A program made the translations under genes and the position numbers. From an uncultured Candidatus Peribacteria bacterium (lineage in GTDB: Bacteria; Patescibacteriota; Gracilibacteria; Peribacterales; Peribacteraceae): a stretch of 36,518 bases of DNA. The DNA lies in assembly GCA_964388495.1 (NCBI GenBank), contig CAYMAT010000004.1, forward strand, positions 4,364 through 40,881, given 5' to 3'. Below the pieces are notes generated by a model that was not told where the DNA came from, searched no databases, and saw nothing but the letters and a program-made list of their open reading frames with translations. Shown here one piece after another: positions 24,850 to 33,958 of the stretch; position 1 is the first letter of the stretch, and every line of letters begins with the position of its first letter.

Positions 24850-25964
24850 GCTCTCTTCTCATGATTTCCGGTGACCGCTCCATTCTTCAGGGCAAGAAGG
24901 GGGCTTTTTGGTACACCTTGCAGGAACTTCATGCCTACTGGGACCGCATCGACATCATCACCCCGCGAGTGAAAGTGGAGGGGGCAGCCGCACACAGTGC
25001 CAGTCCCTTTCCGAACGTTTTCTTCCACCCCTCTTCCAAAGGACTGTGGTACCAACCGTTCTGGATTTCCAAAAAGGGCCACCAGTTGGCAATGGATCGT
25101 CAATACGATGTCATGACAATCCATGATTACCCCCCGTTTTACAACTGTATGGGGGCATATCTGCTTTCCCGGCACAAAAGGATCCCCGCAGTGTCTGAAA
25201 TTCACCATATCGTGGGCGACCCTGTTCCTTCATCGCTTACGGAGAGTATCGGGAAATTCCTCTCCAGGATATTTTTCCGGCTGGAATCGCGCTGGATCAG
25301 TGCTGTGCGCGTGGTGAATATGTCTGTCCTGTCCAAGCTTGTTTCCTGGGGAGTGCCGCGCAAGAAAATTTCCATTATCCCCTCGTTCTACCTGGACGCC
25401 GCAGTCCTCAAACCCGATCCGGCAATCCAGAAGAAATTCGATTTTGTCTTTTGCGCCCGGCTCGTCCGTAACAAAGGCTTGGCGTCGCTCCTTGTTGCGA
25501 TGAGCGCGTTTCCTTCGGCCACTCTTCTGGTAATGGGGGACGGTCCAGAACGCCAGCGACTTGAGCGGGAGACAAGACGTCTTGGACTTAAAAATCGTGT
25601 TACCTTTACCGGCTGGTTGCCGGATCAGGAGGCTGTGGTGAAGGCTCTGCAAACCGGAAAAATCTTCGTGATGCCGTCGCTCAGCGAAGGCGGTCCGCGG
25701 ATCGCGCTGGAGGCCATGGCATGCGGTATGCCGGTTATAGCCACGCGCGTGGGTGTGATGCCCGATGTTATAGACGACGGCAGGAACGGCGTTTTGACTA
25801 ATGGATCCGTCCGCGACCTCATCGCCTGCATGCAGAAACTGCTCATGAACCAGCATTTGCGCGACGAGATGGGAAGGCAGGCCAGGGCTGTTCTGGATAC
25901 GTTCGACAGGGAGAGGCTTGTCCGTGCGTACTCGGATTTCCTCAGGCAATCCGCTGCCGCATGA
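24846..25964 (+). CDS. Glycosyltransferase, GT-B fold (GT4-like)
   Basis: SLSEGGPRIALEAMACGMPVIATRVGVMPDVIDDGRNGVLT. It overlaps the upstream gene through ATGA. Confidence 0.88.
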   Translation: MSSLLMISGDRSILQGKKGAFWYTLQELHAYWDRIDIITPRVKVEGAAAHSASPFPNVFFHPSSKGLWYQPFWISKKGHQLAMDRQYDVMTIHDYPPFYNCMGAYLLSRHKRIPAVSEIHHIVGDPVPSSLTESIGKFLSRIFFRLESRWISAVRVVNMSVLSKLVSWGVPRKKISIIPSFYLDAAVLKPDPAIQKKFDFVFCARLVRNKGLASLLVAMSAFPSATLLVMGDGPERQRLERETRRLGLKNRVTFTGWLPDQEAVVKALQTGKIFVMPSLSEGGPRIALEAMACGMPVIATRVGVMPDVIDDGRNGVLTNGSVRDLIACMQKLLMNQHLRDEMGRQARAVLDTFDRERLVRAYSDFLRQSAAA

Positions 25965-26974
25965 ACCTCCTGATTGTCACGCAAAGGGTGGATAACCGGG
26001 ATCCCGTCCTGGGGTTCTTTCACGGCTGGATCAAGGAGTTTGCGGCCCAGTGCGGACATGTCACGGTCATTGCGCAATGCGTGGGGGGCTATTCGCTCCC
26101 GTCCAACGTCACTGTCCTGTCACTCGGCAAGGAGAGAAATCGGTCCAAGATTCTCCAGGTTCTCTGGTACCGCTGGCTCCTCTTCCGTGAGCGCAAGAAC
26201 TATGACGCCATCCTGGTGCACATGACTCCCATCTGGGCTGTTTTGGGCTGGTGGCCCGCTCTCATCGCGCGAAAAAACATGTACCTATGGTACGAGGCGC
26301 GCGGGTCCCGCTGGCCGCTCAAAGCAGCCGTCAGGATTGTTCGGAAGGTTTTCAGCGCCTCGCCGTACGGTATGCCCATTGCAACGCCCAAGAGCGTGAT
26401 TATGGGGCATGGCATAGACATCCAGGCATTTTGTCCCGCCCCCCATCCGCGCGATCCCAAAATGCTCGTCAGCGTGGGCCGCATCACGCGGTCCAAGCAT
26501 CTGGACCAAATCATCAACGCCTTTCTGGAATTCCCGCTGGACTACTCCCTGCACCTGGTGGGGGAGGCGCGTACGGAGGAGGACAAGGCTTTCCAGGCCT
26601 CTCTGGAGGATGCCCTGGTGCAGTATGGCCTTTCCCACAGGGTCCATATCCACCCTGTAACGCAGGTGGAACTCCCGGTCATCCTCCAGACCGCACATCT
26701 TTTCCTGCATGCCTCCACCAGCGGTCTGGACAAGGCACTCCTGGAGGCCATGGCGTGCGAGTGTCTGGTGCTTTCCAGCAGTCCCGCTTTCCAGGACCTT
26801 CTGCCGGAACGATGCCGCACCAGCGTGGAGGGCTTTGGCCCCGCGGCGCTCAAGCTCTGCGCTCTCTCCGCGGACAGTGAAAGCCAGTTGCGCCGGGAAT
26901 TGCGCGGAATCATCCAAGAAAAGCATGCCTTACCGGCGCTCATAATGCGTCTTGTCACGGAAATGCAGGGCTGA
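25961..26974 (+). CDS. Glycosyltransferase, GT-B fold (divergent GT1/GT4-like)
   Basis: MNLLIVTQRVD at the N-terminus, GRITRSKHLD, and SGLDKALLEAMACECLVLSS. It overlaps the upstream gene through ATGA. Confidence 0.7.
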   Translation: MNLLIVTQRVDNRDPVLGFFHGWIKEFAAQCGHVTVIAQCVGGYSLPSNVTVLSLGKERNRSKILQVLWYRWLLFRERKNYDAILVHMTPIWAVLGWWPALIARKNMYLWYEARGSRWPLKAAVRIVRKVFSASPYGMPIATPKSVIMGHGIDIQAFCPAPHPRDPKMLVSVGRITRSKHLDQIINAFLEFPLDYSLHLVGEARTEEDKAFQASLEDALVQYGLSHRVHIHPVTQVELPVILQTAHLFLHASTSGLDKALLEAMACECLVLSSSPAFQDLLPERCRTSVEGFGPAALKLCALSADSESQLRRELRGIIQEKHALPALIMRLVTEMQG

Positions 26975-27012
26975 GGGTTGGGTTTTACTGCTCTCTCGCG
27001 TAGTCTTTCGTT

Positions 27013-27726
27013 ATGGGGAATCCCCGCCTCAGCGTCGTCGTGCCTGCCTATAATGAGGAAGCGACTATCGGCCAAATCATGGACCGTCTGTTTGCCAGCT
27101 GCCCTTATGCGCAATGCATATTCGTGGATGACGGCTCGCAAGACGGAACGCTGGGGATCCTGAAGTCAAAGGCACGCACACAGGATGTGGTGCTCACCAA
27201 GCAGAACGGAGGGAAGGGTTCCGCAGTACGCATGGGATATGCCCATGCCACGGGTGTCTACACAGTCGTGCAGGACGCCGATCTGGAATACAGCCCGGAG
27301 GAGATCACGGGGCTCCTGGAGCTTGCGGAAAAAAACAACCTGCCGGCCGTCTTTGGCTCTCGTCGCCTCAAGAGGCAGAAGCAGTTCGCGCACGTGAGCA
27401 GTTTTCTGGGCGGAAGCATGCTCACCATCATCTGCAATATCCTCTACGGAACGCGCCTGACGGACCAGCCGACATGTTACAAGATGGTCCGTACGGACAT
27501 CATCCATACATCTCCCATGAAGGAGAACGATTTCCGTTTTGATCCGGAAGTCACGGTGATGATCATTCGTCGTGGGTACGCCATCGCGGAAGCCCCCATC
27601 TCCTACGCCCCGCGCACATTCAAAGAAGGGAAGAAGATCGGCGTAAAAGACTGGTTCTTGTGGGTCTGGGTGTTCATCAAGCTCCGATTTGCACCGCCCT
27701 CCGCATTTTCGCCCGCCCGCCAATGA
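27013..27726 (+). CDS. GT2 glycosyltransferase, DPM1/GtrB-like polyprenol-phosphate sugar synthase
   Basis: LSVVVPAYNEEATIG, IFVDDGSQDGT and VQDADLEYSPEEI. It is translationally coupled (ATGA) to the downstream GT-C gene. Confidence 0.85.
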   Translation: MGNPRLSVVVPAYNEEATIGQIMDRLFASCPYAQCIFVDDGSQDGTLGILKSKARTQDVVLTKQNGGKGSAVRMGYAHATGVYTVVQDADLEYSPEEITGLLELAEKNNLPAVFGSRRLKRQKQFAHVSSFLGGSMLTIICNILYGTRLTDQPTCYKMVRTDIIHTSPMKENDFRFDPEVTVMIIRRGYAIAEAPISYAPRTFKEGKKIGVKDWFLWVWVFIKLRFAPPSAFSPARQ

Positions 27727-29078
27727 AGCTTTTTTCTCCATTGCCTCTCCTCTGCGGTGCTGCTGCGGTTCTCTTCATCCTGTGGCTTCCGGGCATCAAT
27801 TTCCCCGTGGTCAGTGACACGCTGCGCTATGCGGATTTGGGGAAAAGTCTGTGGACCACGGGGACCTACATGATCGACGGTGTGCCGTATGCCAGCCACC
27901 TTCCGTTCCATGGGCTTGTCTCGTATCCGCTCACAGTCTTGTTTGGCATAGATTTGGGTATGCACTTCTCCACATACCTGGATGGAGTGGCGGTGTTGGT
28001 GATGACGTACTTCCTCATGAAAAAAATCAGCGGTCCCAGGCTTGCGGCGGCAACCACCCTGGCTGTTCTGGTGCATCCGGGATTCATCCTTATGACGCAG
28101 CTGGGTTCTGCGGACCTGCTCTTTACCGCACTCAGCCTTTTCTCCATTTATTGTTATCTACAAGCGGAAAATAAGAAGTTCTGGTATCTCCTCATGGGCC
28201 TATCGCTGGGCTGCGCATGCCTCACGCGCTACAACGGACTCCCACTTTTCGCGCTGTTTGGTTTGTGGACACTCTTCTTCCGCAGGAAGGACCTCTTCTC
28301 TCCGTGGTTTGTGACGGGGTTTCTCCTGGCTGCGGCGCTTGCCGGGTCGTGGTTTCTCCGTAACGCCCTGGTATTCGGAAACCCTTTTCACAGCGAATAC
28401 GTGAATGAGCTTTCCAAAGAGGCGCCCAATCCGGCTCGCCAGTTCTTCCGTAACATCCTCTACTACGCAAACCCCATTCATAACGTTTTCCCCGCACTCT
28501 TCCCTTTTGCGGTGTACGGATTGTGGGGGCATGCGCGGAAAATGGGCTTTGTGGTCTGCGCGATGCTCAGTCTGTGGGTGATTTCCTCCATCTGGTGGGT
28601 GGAGGCCATCCGTTTTTTCTTCCCCGGCTATCCGTTCCTGCTTCTTTTTGCCGTACTAGGCATGCGCGATGCATGGCGGGCTTTCCGGTCACATCGGTTC
28701 CTGATCATTGTGGTGTGCGCAGGAGGTATTGCCATGCAGCTCTTCTCCATGTGCATCTACACCTATGGCGCCTGCAACGCGTTCTTTGACCGTACTGTGG
28801 GCATTTTTCCCAAGAATATGGGCCTGACGCCGGAGGGGTTCTATGCGTGGGGAAAGGCGCGTGACGCGCTGAATGCTTTGGCGGAGAGCGGGGCGCAGGT
28901 GATGGTCATGCGTCCCGATGTGGAGCGGCGCCATTACCGGAGCGACCTGAAACTGATTCCGGATAACAGGGCGTGCCCCGCCTATTACATTGCCCAGAGG
29001 AGGGAAATCGCCGGCCAGACCGTTTTTGAAACCGAAAGCTGGCCCAAGACATACGTGGTGCGCGTCACGTGCCCCTGA
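27723..29078 (+). CDS. GT-C fold membrane glycosyltransferase (ArnT/PMT/GT39-83-like)
   Basis: 451 aa from ATG 27723, with about 11 TM segments. The first loop, VVSDTLRYADLGKSLWTTGTY, resembles the acidic-x-x-RYA loop-1 motif of ArnT-type enzymes. Confidence 0.7.
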   Translation: MKLFSPLPLLCGAAAVLFILWLPGINFPVVSDTLRYADLGKSLWTTGTYMIDGVPYASHLPFHGLVSYPLTVLFGIDLGMHFSTYLDGVAVLVMTYFLMKKISGPRLAAATTLAVLVHPGFILMTQLGSADLLFTALSLFSIYCYLQAENKKFWYLLMGLSLGCACLTRYNGLPLFALFGLWTLFFRRKDLFSPWFVTGFLLAAALAGSWFLRNALVFGNPFHSEYVNELSKEAPNPARQFFRNILYYANPIHNVFPALFPFAVYGLWGHARKMGFVVCAMLSLWVISSIWWVEAIRFFFPGYPFLLLFAVLGMRDAWRAFRSHRFLIIVVCAGGIAMQLFSMCIYTYGACNAFFDRTVGIFPKNMGLTPEGFYAWGKARDALNALAESGAQVMVMRPDVERRHYRSDLKLIPDNRACPAYYIAQRREIAGQTVFETESWPKTYVVRVTCP

Positions 29079-29082
29079 TGCG

Positions 29083-30126
29083 TTAGATGGCGCTCAGAAG
29101 AAGCGCAGACGCGTGATCCACCCACTGCAGCGACCGGTTTGGCCCCATGTCCTGCAGGTGTTTTTGGCGCATGTCTTCCAATTGGGTGCGGCTGGGGAGA
29201 GAGGGAAGGGGGTAGGACTTTCCCGTGATGGCAATGTGGCAGTCCTGGATGGTGCGTATACACAGCAAAGCAGCGAATGTCCCGTAGATCACGTTACTGG
29301 ACCACTGTTTGGGAGTCGCTTTGTCAAAAAAGTCGAGCGTCTCCTCCGCATTTTTGAAATGACGGAGCAGCATCACCGTTCCGCTCAGCCCCGTGAATGC
29401 GGCAATGTAGCGCTCTTCCTCCGATCGCGGCAAAACACCGCACCGGTAGCCCTTTCGCAACAGCGTTTCGTTGGCCAGATCACCCGTGTCATAACGGGCG
29501 GGTGTCTTTCCTCCTCCCACCGCGGGGTGCGTGTTGCCGTGCGCTGGTGCCAGCGACAAGTGCTCGCGGTTTACGAAAATATCCCGATTGAAGGCTATGC
29601 AATAGCTCCCGCTGGGCGGGTGCCTCTTTCCGTTCAGGTCAAACTCCCACCACGTGCGTGCATGGAAGCTGAAGCTTGCGGTGTGGGGATCCGATAATTC
29701 CTTCTGTACCCTTTCCGCGGCTGCGGGGGAGATGAAGAAGACGTCGTCGTCGCACAGCCAACCGATGCGTCTGTTGCGCGCGATGCTCCGCAAAAACTCG
29801 TCGCTCTTGGTGGATGCGTAGAAATTGAGGAACTTCTGCACGCGTGCTCCGGGGAAATCCTGCGGGTCCAACTCTCCCGAGCAGTCAAAAATCGTGATGT
29901 CCACGCTGTCCCCCAGGTATTTGCGGGCACAGTGGTGCCACACCCTCATCATGGGGGGCAGGATATTCATGGTGAAGAGCGCGGGTTTGTCCGATGGCGG
30001 CAATGCGGGACGGCGTGCGTAATATGCCAGCGTGGGCAAAGCAGTTTTCCATGCCGTCGTCACGCTGAAGCGTTTGAAGAGCCTCTGCAAAAGAATGTGA
30101 GGGGCTGTTTCCGCCATATCGCTCAC
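29083..30126 (-). CDS. Hypothetical protein with a DDD (DXD-type) motif; possible novel GT-A fold glycosyltransferase
   Basis: RIGWLCDDDVFFISP, CIAFNRDIF and YDTGDLAN. It is the last gene of the GT/GtrA/GT2 operon. The start is either GTG 30126 or ATG 30117; the latter lies 9 nt after TATCCT. Confidence 0.45.
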   Translation of the reverse strand: MSDMAETAPHILLQRLFKRFSVTTAWKTALPTLAYYARRPALPPSDKPALFTMNILPPMMRVWHHCARKYLGDSVDITIFDCSGELDPQDFPGARVQKFLNFYASTKSDEFLRSIARNRRIGWLCDDDVFFISPAAAERVQKELSDPHTASFSFHARTWWEFDLNGKRHPPSGSYCIAFNRDIFVNREHLSLAPAHGNTHPAVGGGKTPARYDTGDLANETLLRKGYRCGVLPRSEEERYIAAFTGLSGTVMLLRHFKNAEETLDFFDKATPKQWSSNVIYGTFAALLCIRTIQDCHIAITGKSYPLPSLPSRTQLEDMRQKHLQDMGPNRSLQWVDHASALLLSAI

Positions 30127-30144
30127 AGGATAGCGCAGTTTTCT

Positions 30145-30957
30145 TCAGTATGAGAGCGGACAGGTTTCCTTGATGAGCCTCCAGGCATACCAATAGCGTG
30201 CCATTTCGTATTGCAGGGGCAGGCGTACGGGACCGGGGACGGACCAGATCCAGAGGAGGCGGATGGTTGCGACCGTGCGGGAGCGCAGGGTATGCACCAC
30301 GCGCCGCCAGAACCAGTGGGCGTATCCCTTTCCCCGCGATTGTTCTTTCTCAATCGCCACGTACTGCGCCAGCTTGCTATAGAAGGGGCCGATGGCGGGC
30401 AGGGGGGCGATGCTGCCGTTCTTCAGAATTCCCGTGACCGTCCCGGGCTTGAGACGGATGCGTTCGTGCACGGGCTTCTCCCACTGCTCCACCGCGTCCT
30501 TCCGGAAAAAATACAGCCTGCGGTTGGGGTAGGTGGAAGCGCGTGTAACGATGCGCCCGTCGGGCAGGCGATACTGGCGGGGGACCCACCACGCACCCGG
30601 CGCATCCGTGCGCTTTACGATGTCCGCTATCTCCGCCAAGGCTTCCGGCGCCATTTCCTCGTCGCTGTCCAAAGCCAAAACCCAGGGCTCCGTGGAGCTG
30701 TCCAGTCCCACGTTCCTGGCCGCGGAAAAATCACGCAAAGGTTGTCCTTGGCTCCCGGGTAAACGTTGCGGAAACATGCGTGCGCCAAACGAATCGCCGA
30801 TGGTCACCGTGTCGTCCGTGCTGCCGCCATCTATCAGAAGTATTTCCTTGCAGGACACCACGCTTTCCAGTGATGCACGCAGCGTCTGGGCGGAATTCCA
30901 TGTGAGCACGTGCACGCTCACGGGGAGCGTAGCGGCGGGGATGGGCGTGTCAGACAT
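30145..30957 (-). CDS. GT2 glycosyltransferase
   Basis: VSVHVLTWNSAQTL, LLIDGGSTDDT, FSAARNVG and LALDSDEEM. It overlaps the GtrA stop by 8 nt. Confidence 0.8.
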   Translation of the reverse strand: MSDTPIPAATLPVSVHVLTWNSAQTLRASLESVVSCKEILLIDGGSTDDTVTIGDSFGARMFPQRLPGSQGQPLRDFSAARNVGLDSSTEPWVLALDSDEEMAPEALAEIADIVKRTDAPGAWWVPRQYRLPDGRIVTRASTYPNRRLYFFRKDAVEQWEKPVHERIRLKPGTVTGILKNGSIAPLPAIGPFYSKLAQYVAIEKEQSRGKGYAHWFWRRVVHTLRSRTVATIRLLWIWSVPGPVRLPLQYEMARYWYAWRLIKETCPLSY

Positions 30958-31336
30958 AGACGAAGAATTTGTAGATGAGGAAATTCCAGGAAACGGTCAG
31001 TCCGATGCTGAGTATTTTAGCGATGCCCGGCTGTACGCCAACAAACGTCACGAGGAGGTAAACCAGGCCCACCTGCACAGCCAGGTTCACGGCCTGTTGG
31101 ATGATGTAGCGGAAAAGCTGCTCCGGCGTGCGTTCGCGCTTTTGGAAAACGAAGTATTTGTGGAACAAGAATGCACTCACCGTGCCAATCAATCCCGATA
31201 CCACCGTGGACGCCAGGTACGGAACGCCCGCAAAAAGCATTCCGTAATTGCTGGAGATTTCCAAAGCCGCAGCCGCCCCGCCGCTGCAGAGATAGCGGAG
31301 GATCTGGGGCAGATGGGGGAGGACGCGCTTCAGCAT
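30950..31336 (-). CDS. GtrA family membrane protein (polyprenol-phosphate-sugar translocation-associated)
   Basis: 128 aa with four TM segments. RYLCSGGAAAALE at the N-terminus, FHKYFVFQ, and a C-terminal WNFLIYKFFVY, which is typical of GtrA-like proteins. Confidence 0.8.
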   Translation of the reverse strand: MLKRVLPHLPQILRYLCSGGAAAALEISSNYGMLFAGVPYLASTVVSGLIGTVSAFLFHKYFVFQKRERTPEQLFRYIIQQAVNLAVQVGLVYLLVTFVGVQPGIAKILSIGLTVSWNFLIYKFFVYV

Positions 31337-32199
31337 GTGCGGACAAAATCCATGATAGCGGTTGCCAGGGCCATTGCGTTACCGGGATGGCAGGTCATGA
31401 CATGCGGATTGCCCGCGTACCGATCCCGGATTGCCGGCGTATCCCCGGTCAAAAGCGGCACGCCGCACGCCACGGCGTCCACCACCTTGTGCGGCACAAC
31501 GCGTAAGGCTTTCCCCGATGTTCCAAAAATCCCCAGGCACAGGTGCGAGCGGCAGATGCTCTCTGCTATCTGGGGCAATGTGGCAAACGGCTTGATCGTC
31601 ACATTTCTCCCCGTCTTTCCCTGCAGAAAATCCTGCAGTTTTTTGGGGCCGATGAAGGTGAAATGCACGGGCGCTCCTTGGTCATCCAGGATTTTGGATG
31701 CGGCGGCGATGACATCCACCCCCTGCAGCGGGATGAGCGTCCCGTAAAAAAGAATTTGCACGGGGCGCGTGCTGGCGGAGGGGTGGATCTCCGGACGCGG
31801 ATAAAAAAGATCGCTGCGCGCCTGCAGTTCAATGACACGCACGCGGTGGGGCCTGAGTCCAAATGTCCGTACCAGGTAATCCTTGTGAAGTGGAGTATCG
31901 ATGATCGTCACGTCGCTCAGGTGCATGGACAGCCAGTCAATGATCCAGAGCATTACGGCCCACGGATGGATCCTGCTTACGCGCCGCCGGTCTTCCACGT
32001 CCGTGTCATACAGGGAAATGAGCGCATCGAACATCAGGGTTTTCCGTGGCCAACGGGTGACGAGCCACGCAAACGGCACAAGATAGTGCCCAGGAAAAGG
32101 CAGCAGCAGGGCATCCACGTTTTTTCGCACGGTTTTGTATTGCGCCCACAGATCCCGGCATTTCGCTATGTACCCCCTTGCCGACGTGTGGAGTTCCAC
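31330..32199 (-). CDS. Glycosyltransferase, GT-B fold; probably extends to 32295, where the expected start position reads ATA
   Basis: MFDALISLYDTDVEDRR, FYGTLIPLQGVD and PHKVVDAVACGVPLLTGDTPAIRD. The frame stays open for 36 codons upstream of GTG 32199. That stretch encodes a plausible beta1-alpha1 segment (see findings). Confidence 0.7.
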   Translation of the reverse strand: MELHTSARGYIAKCRDLWAQYKTVRKNVDALLLPFPGHYLVPFAWLVTRWPRKTLMFDALISLYDTDVEDRRRVSRIHPWAVMLWIIDWLSMHLSDVTIIDTPLHKDYLVRTFGLRPHRVRVIELQARSDLFYPRPEIHPSASTRPVQILFYGTLIPLQGVDVIAAASKILDDQGAPVHFTFIGPKKLQDFLQGKTGRNVTIKPFATLPQIAESICRSHLCLGIFGTSGKALRVVPHKVVDAVACGVPLLTGDTPAIRDRYAGNPHVMTCHPGNAMALATAIMDFVRTC

Positions 32200-32324
32200 A
32201 ATGTTCCAGTCCTCTTTTTTGAGCGCTTCACAGACGGTCCAATGCCGGGGTGATTGCCTGTCGTGATAGCCGAATGTGGCGATGGTGCGAGGTATGCGGA
32301 AAGCATATCAGGTACCATATCGCC

Positions 32325-33500
32325 GTGCGCATCGCGTATATCAATCACGGGCGTTTCCCCACCGAGAAGGCGTACGGGAGCCAAATCGCCCAGGTGTGCC
32401 AGGCCATGGCGGATCTGGGGAATGCGGTCACTTTGGTGAGCCCCACTTTCCGTAACCCCATCGCGGTGTCCGGTAGCGAGTATTACGGTATTTCCGGGAC
32501 CGTGGAGGAAAGGCATCTGCCGCACTTTGACGCCTTCCGCTCCTGGTATGTTCCCGGGAAGCTGGCGTTTGTCGTCAGCATGTTTTCCTATGCACGGTCG
32601 GTCCTTGCGCATGTCGTATCCCGGAATTACGAGCTTCTGTATGTGCGCTCGCCGCTGCTCCTCGCCCGTGCTGTAGGGAGCGGAATCCCCACTGTTATCG
32701 AGCTGCATGACATTCCTCGGATTTTCAGAAAATCCTTCGTGCGTTGCTGTAACCGGTGCCGCGTCGTTGTCGCGCTCACATCGCCCATGCGTCAGGAGCT
32801 GATTGCGATAGGTGTCCGTCCGGAAAAAATCCGGGTGGAGTCCGATGGCGTGGATTTGCGGAGGTTCGCGGATCACAGTCCTCCATTGGAGGCAAAATCG
32901 CAGTGGCCGAAGCGGTTTCCGCAGGATCGTCCTGTGATGGGGTATGTGGGCACGCTCACAACGCGTGAAACCCTGTCCAAAGGCGTGGAAGACATGGTGA
33001 ACGCTGCGGCTGAGCTGAAGGAAAAGAATGTAAAAATCTTCACATGGATCGTGGGAGGACCTGAACGTGCCGTGGAAGAATTACGGCAGCGGGCAATGCA
33101 TCTGGGGCTTACGGATGCAGAGATCGGTTTTGAGGGGCGTATAGACGCTTCTCGGGTTTCTTCCGCTTTATGGGCCTGCGATCTCTGTGTGTATCCCGCT
33201 CCGGCGTCCCGTCATTCGTATTTCATGCGCGACACGTCCCCGCTCAAGCTCTTTGAATACATGGCCTCTCGCCGACCCATTGTCTGCGCGGACATTCCGC
33301 CCGTGCGCGACGTTGTGGACGAGAGGTCCGTCCTCTTCTATCAGCCCGGCAACGCCGCCATGTTGGCGGAGCAGATCGGCCGGGTTCTGGGTGACCCGCA
33401 AGAGGCTCAAAAACGCGTCCGTTTTGCGGCGGAGACGGTCCAAAAGCACGATTGGAGAATGCGCATGGAACGCATCCTCACGGCTGCGGGTTCACTGTAG
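32325..33500 (+). CDS. Glycosyltransferase, GT-B fold (GT4-like)
   Basis: The GTG 32325 start gives MRIAYINHGRFPTEKAYGSQIAQVCQAMADLGNAVTLVSP. The C-terminal region has SPLKLFEYMASRRPIVCADIPPVRDVVDERSVLFYQPGN. The tracked ATG 32250 adds 25 residues with no family character. Confidence 0.82.
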   Translation: MRIAYINHGRFPTEKAYGSQIAQVCQAMADLGNAVTLVSPTFRNPIAVSGSEYYGISGTVEERHLPHFDAFRSWYVPGKLAFVVSMFSYARSVLAHVVSRNYELLYVRSPLLLARAVGSGIPTVIELHDIPRIFRKSFVRCCNRCRVVVALTSPMRQELIAIGVRPEKIRVESDGVDLRRFADHSPPLEAKSQWPKRFPQDRPVMGYVGTLTTRETLSKGVEDMVNAAAELKEKNVKIFTWIVGGPERAVEELRQRAMHLGLTDAEIGFEGRIDASRVSSALWACDLCVYPAPASRHSYFMRDTSPLKLFEYMASRRPIVCADIPPVRDVVDERSVLFYQPGNAAMLAEQIGRVLGDPQEAQKRVRFAAETVQKHDWRMRMERILTAAGSL

Positions 33501-33509
33501 AATGCCTTC

Positions 33510-33911
33510 ATGCCCATCACTCCCGTCGTTCACAGCGGCCAGACGTATGCCATCTTCGTTACGGGAAAGCCGGAAGTGGAAGGCGCCAAATTCATCACGG
33601 ACCATACGGAAGAATTCCAGATCGGCATCATGGAGCGTCCCGCAGGGCATCAGGTGAAGCCGCACCGTCATCCGGAGCGCAGTGAGCTGATTCGCAATGT
33701 CAGTGAGTTTCTCTACATACAGGAGGGCGCGGCGGAGGTGACGGTTTTTGACGACCAATGGGCACCGCTCCATAAGCAAAAAGTGGCAGCGGGGGATTTC
33801 CTCGTCTTCTTCCGCGGCGGGCATGCCCTTACCATGCTCCAGGAAACACGTCTGATTGAGGTAAAACAGGGGCCGTTTCCGGGGGATAAGGAGGGCAAAG
33901 AGTATCGGTAG
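33510..33911 (+). CDS. Cupin-fold protein, WbuC-like (associated with sugar-modification loci)
   Basis: KPHRHPERSE...FLYIQEGAAEVTVFDDQW...FFRGGHALTML...IEVKQGPF has the HRH / E / FD / GxH / E-x-K-x-GP pattern I associate with WbuC-family cupins. The gene lies directly upstream of a DegT aminotransferase. Confidence 0.55.
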   Translation: MPITPVVHSGQTYAIFVTGKPEVEGAKFITDHTEEFQIGIMERPAGHQVKPHRHPERSELIRNVSEFLYIQEGAAEVTVFDDQWAPLHKQKVAAGDFLVFFRGGHALTMLQETRLIEVKQGPFPGDKEGKEYR

Positions 33912-33958
33912 AAGGGGAAACAGGGGAAAAAAGGGAAAAAGGACGCTATTATTTGCCT

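Noticed and set aside
33496-33503. Extended -10 (TGn) reading of TGTAGAAT at the cupin promoter and at 23740-23747.
   Set aside because: The TG directly abuts the hexamer instead of being separated by one base, so it does not fit the TGnTATAAT geometry. Only the shared 11-mer is noted.
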